From: Candidatus Bilamarchaeaceae archaeon
GTDB lineage: Archaea; Micrarchaeota; Micrarchaeia; Anstonellales; Bilamarchaeaceae
Direction: 5' to 3'
DNA: 64,000 bases
NCBI GenBank assembly: GCA_038870635.1
Contig: JAVZJR010000001.1
Span: 74,797-138,796, forward strand
In this document: piece by piece, positions 61,528 to 64,000 of the stretch
Layout: every line of letters begins with the position of its first letter
Numbering within the stretch: position 1 is the stretch's first letter
Position numbers and translations under genes: made by a program
The notes under the pieces: generated by a model
Databases searched by the model: none
What the model saw: the letters and a program-made list of their open reading frames with translations, nothing else
Told to the model about the DNA's origin: nothing

Positions 61528-64000
61528 TTACACCTTCCAATATTTCTTTGTTTTAACAAATGTCTTTTGTGCTTCTATAAGATCAAGATAAAAAGAATTT
61601 TCATCCTTGTGAAGCCTTGCAAGTATTCTCTCTGCTGTAACAGGCCCTATCCCATAAACAGAAAGAGCGATAAGTGCTTTTTTTCCGTAAGTTTGTATTA
61701 ATGCTGCGCTCAATTCCATATCATCTGCCGAACGACTCTTTAAAGCGAGGGCTTTTTTTCCGCATTTTGCGCATTTAAGTTCTTCTTCTGCACTTGCAAG
61801 ATAAACAAAACGGGTTGCGCCACAGTTAAGACAAACCAACTCTTTTGTATAAGAAAGAATTTTTTCTTTAAGCGCAGCGATTATCCTATCTTTTGGCTCA
61901 AAAATTCCAATAGCTTCTCTTGCTGAAACGCGATTTAATCCAATCTGCGCAAAAAAGCTCGGGGTTTTTCTCTCGTCGAGCACTACTTTTATTTTTCGTG
62001 ATTTAATCCCTTTAAAAATCTCTTCTGCACCATCTAAATCAAAATAACGAAAAAATATTGAGCGTATTGTTTCTTCGTAAACTACGGAATAGCGAAGGGC
62101 ATCTATAAATTTTTGTCCTACTGTTGCGTCCTCTTCTATTAAACCAAACATTCTCGCAACATGGCTAAATTTAAAACGAAGAAGGTTTGAATTTCTAAGA
62201 CTTTCTTCTAATTTTTTTCTCGGGCTAATACCACAAGACATAAAAACATCATTTATTTTTTTTGGTTCGATAGGGTAAGGAAGTTTTATTATTATCCGAT
62301 AAGCATCAGCAACTGCACGAACGCTTTCGCCGATAATTTCAGAAATGAGATAAGCGAAAATTCTTCCTATGGTTTCATTTATCTTATTCCCAAAACAGGA
62401 ATGGACTACTATAACATCGCTTATAACTTCTATTACTATTGTTTTATCATCTGGTACAACTTGCTCCTTTATCTTTATTTTTCGCATCGCGCCAACCATC
62501 TCCGCGATTTCTTTTGCAACAGGAATATCTTCTCCAATCCAAGATGGAATTGTGATTTCCGTGCTTGTGCCTGGTGAAACTACCACTGCATCTTCTGTTA
62601 TGTCAAGTACTTCCCACACCTGTCCTTTTGAAAGAAAATTATCTCCAGTTGTGATATTACTAACAAACTCTTCATCCAAAGATGCTATCTGCCGATTAGA
62701 TGAGGAATCAAAAAGAACAAATTTTTTTGTTTTAGGTATAGTACTTAGATAGGTGTAGTAATAGTCTCTTGCTCTGTTTCTAACCTTTATCGTCCCATCT
62801 TGATTAAAAAATACAAGAGATTCTGCATGCAACTGTAAGAGCAACGATTTAAGCTTATCTATTGTTATTCCATAAGCGCCAGACTCTTTGAATATTGAAT
62901 GAATTTCATCAAAATGCATCTTATAGTTCTCAAGCAAAAGACCAATTATCTGATGAGCAATTACATCAAGCGCTCCTTTCTCGATTGTTTTTCTCTCCAC
63001 CCAACCATTCTGGGCGAGAGAAACAATAGCCTCTGCTTCAAGAAAATCATCAAAATCAAGAGGGAATACTATACCTTTTGGTACCTTTCTTATGGAATGG
63101 CCAGAACGCCCAACTCTTTGAATTAGACGAAAAACTTGATGGGGGGAACCATACTGAACTATTAAATCAACATCGCCCACATCTATACCAAGCTCTAGAG
63201 AAGAAGTACAAACAAGTGATTTTATTTTGCCTGTCTTAAAATCATCTTCAGCGCTTACCCTAACTTCTTTTGAAAGCGAACCGTGATGGACTTCAATTGG
63301 TGCTTTTTTTTCTTTTAACCACCCGCCTATTTCTTCAGCCGTGCTTCGCGTATTAACAAAAAGAAGGGATCGTTCCTTTTCAACTATTGATTTTATTTTT
63401 TCTAATCTTTTTTCTCGCTCTTCCTCGTAAAAAACAGAAAAATCAAAAGTTCTTTTAGAGCCTGCTTCAATCACTTTATAATCTCGTTGTCCAAAAAGAA
63501 GAGCTGCAGCCTCAGTAGGATTCGGAAGTGTTGCACTTATACCTATCCTACTAAAAGAAGCAATTCTTGCCAAACGCTCAAGAGAAAGTGAAAGTTGTGC
63601 TCCTCTTTTGTTATCTAAAACATCATGGATTTCATCGACTATTACATAACGGACGTTTTGCAGATGTTTACGCATTATAGGTGCAACTAAAAGTGCTTGA
63701 AGGGATTCAATAGTTGTTAATACGATTTGTGGCGGGTTTTTTCTTTGTTTTGCCCGCTCTGATATAGTCGTATCCCCATGTCGTATATCACTGGTTATGT
63801 TGTAAATAGTACACCATTCCTTAAACCTTCTCAAAAGATCACGGTTAAGACTTCTCAAAGGTGTTATGTAAAGCGCTGCTATACCTTGCTGGGATTTTAT
63901 ATTATCCAGGACAGGAAGTAGAGCTGCTTCTGTTTTACCATAACCAGTGGGCGCGATTATTAGCACATTTGCTCCGCTCGCCACGACACTAATGGCTTTT
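61528..64000 (-). CDS. Lhr-like SF2 DEAD/DEAH helicase (5' end outside window)
   Basis: APTGYGKT, YITPLRSLNRD, VDEIH, ISAT, HHGSLS, TSSLELGIDVG and QRVGRSGH motifs; C-terminal Zn finger and HhH. Confidence 0.92.
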   Translation of the reverse strand, partial: KAISVVASGANVLIIAPTGYGKTEAALLPVLDNIKSQQGIAALYITPLRSLNRDLLRRFKEWCTIYNITSDIRHGDTTISERAKQRKNPPQIVLTTIESLQALLVAPIMRKHLQNVRYVIVDEIHDVLDNKRGAQLSLSLERLARIASFSRIGISATLPNPTEAAALLFGQRDYKVIEAGSKRTFDFSVFYEEEREKRLEKIKSIVEKERSLLFVNTRSTAEEIGGWLKEKKAPIEVHHGSLSKEVRVSAEDDFKTGKIKSLVCTSSLELGIDVGDVDLIVQYGSPHQVFRLIQRVGRSGHSIRKVPKGIVFPLDFDDFLEAEAIVSLAQNGWVERKTIEKGALDVIAHQIIGLLLENYKMHFDEIHSIFKESGAYGITIDKLKSLLLQLHAESLVFFNQDGTIKVRNRARDYYYTYLSTIPKTKKFVLFDSSSNRQIASLDEEFVSNITTGDNFLSKGQVWEVLDITEDAVVVSPGTSTEITIPSWIGEDIPVAKEIAEMVGAMRKIKIKEQVVPDDKTIVIEVISDVIVVHSCFGNKINETIGRIFAYLISEIIGESVRAVADAYRIIIKLPYPIEPKKINDVFMSCGISPRKKLEESLRNSNLLRFKFSHVARMFGLIEEDATVGQKFIDALRYSVVYEETIRSIFFRYFDLDGAEEIFKGIKSRKIKVVLDERKTPSFFAQIGLNRVSAREAIGIFEPKDRIIAALKEKILSYTKELVCLNCGATRFVYLASAEEELKCAKCGKKALALKSRSADDMELSAALIQTYGKKALIALSVYGIGPVTAERILARLHKDENSFYLDLIEAQKTFVKTKKYWKV

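Overview
Gene-dense, AT-rich archaeal chromosomal window. TFB, aIF2-gamma, eS6, eL41, RFC, archaeal HMG-CoA synthase, GGTGA ribosome-binding sites, TTTAAA/TTTATA boxes and BHB-intron tRNAs establish it as archaeal; a DPANN/Micrarchaeota-like lineage is an inference from gene content. Most of it is housekeeping: enolase, IscS/IscU, GlmU, LemA/HtpX, an Hsp20-GrpE-DnaK-DnaJ operon, AMP phosphorylase/R15P isomerase, DNA ligase, ProRS, RecJ-like, PurH/PurM, ThyX, a riboflavin operon, SecDF and an Lhr-like helicase, plus three tRNAs (Asn, Ser, Tyr). No IS element, integrase, cas gene or rRNA was seen. The most unusual signals are: (1) a CRISPR-like 60-bp-period mini-array whose 33-bp repeat contains the 5' end of tRNA-Asn and whose two 27-nt spacers are unrelated hairpins, with a 116-bp tandem repeat on the other side of the tRNA; (2) a minimal [FeFe]-hydrogenase with no maturases in view; (3) a RelA/SpoT-like gene split at an A7 run; (4) a double-AAA CDC48-like ATPase with a polytopic membrane N-terminus; (5) a two-intron tRNA-Tyr; (6) a RibC-RibH fusion; (7) grpE without a canonical start codon; and (8) several small genes missed by the ORF track. 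All calls come from reading motifs by eye; no database searches were run.
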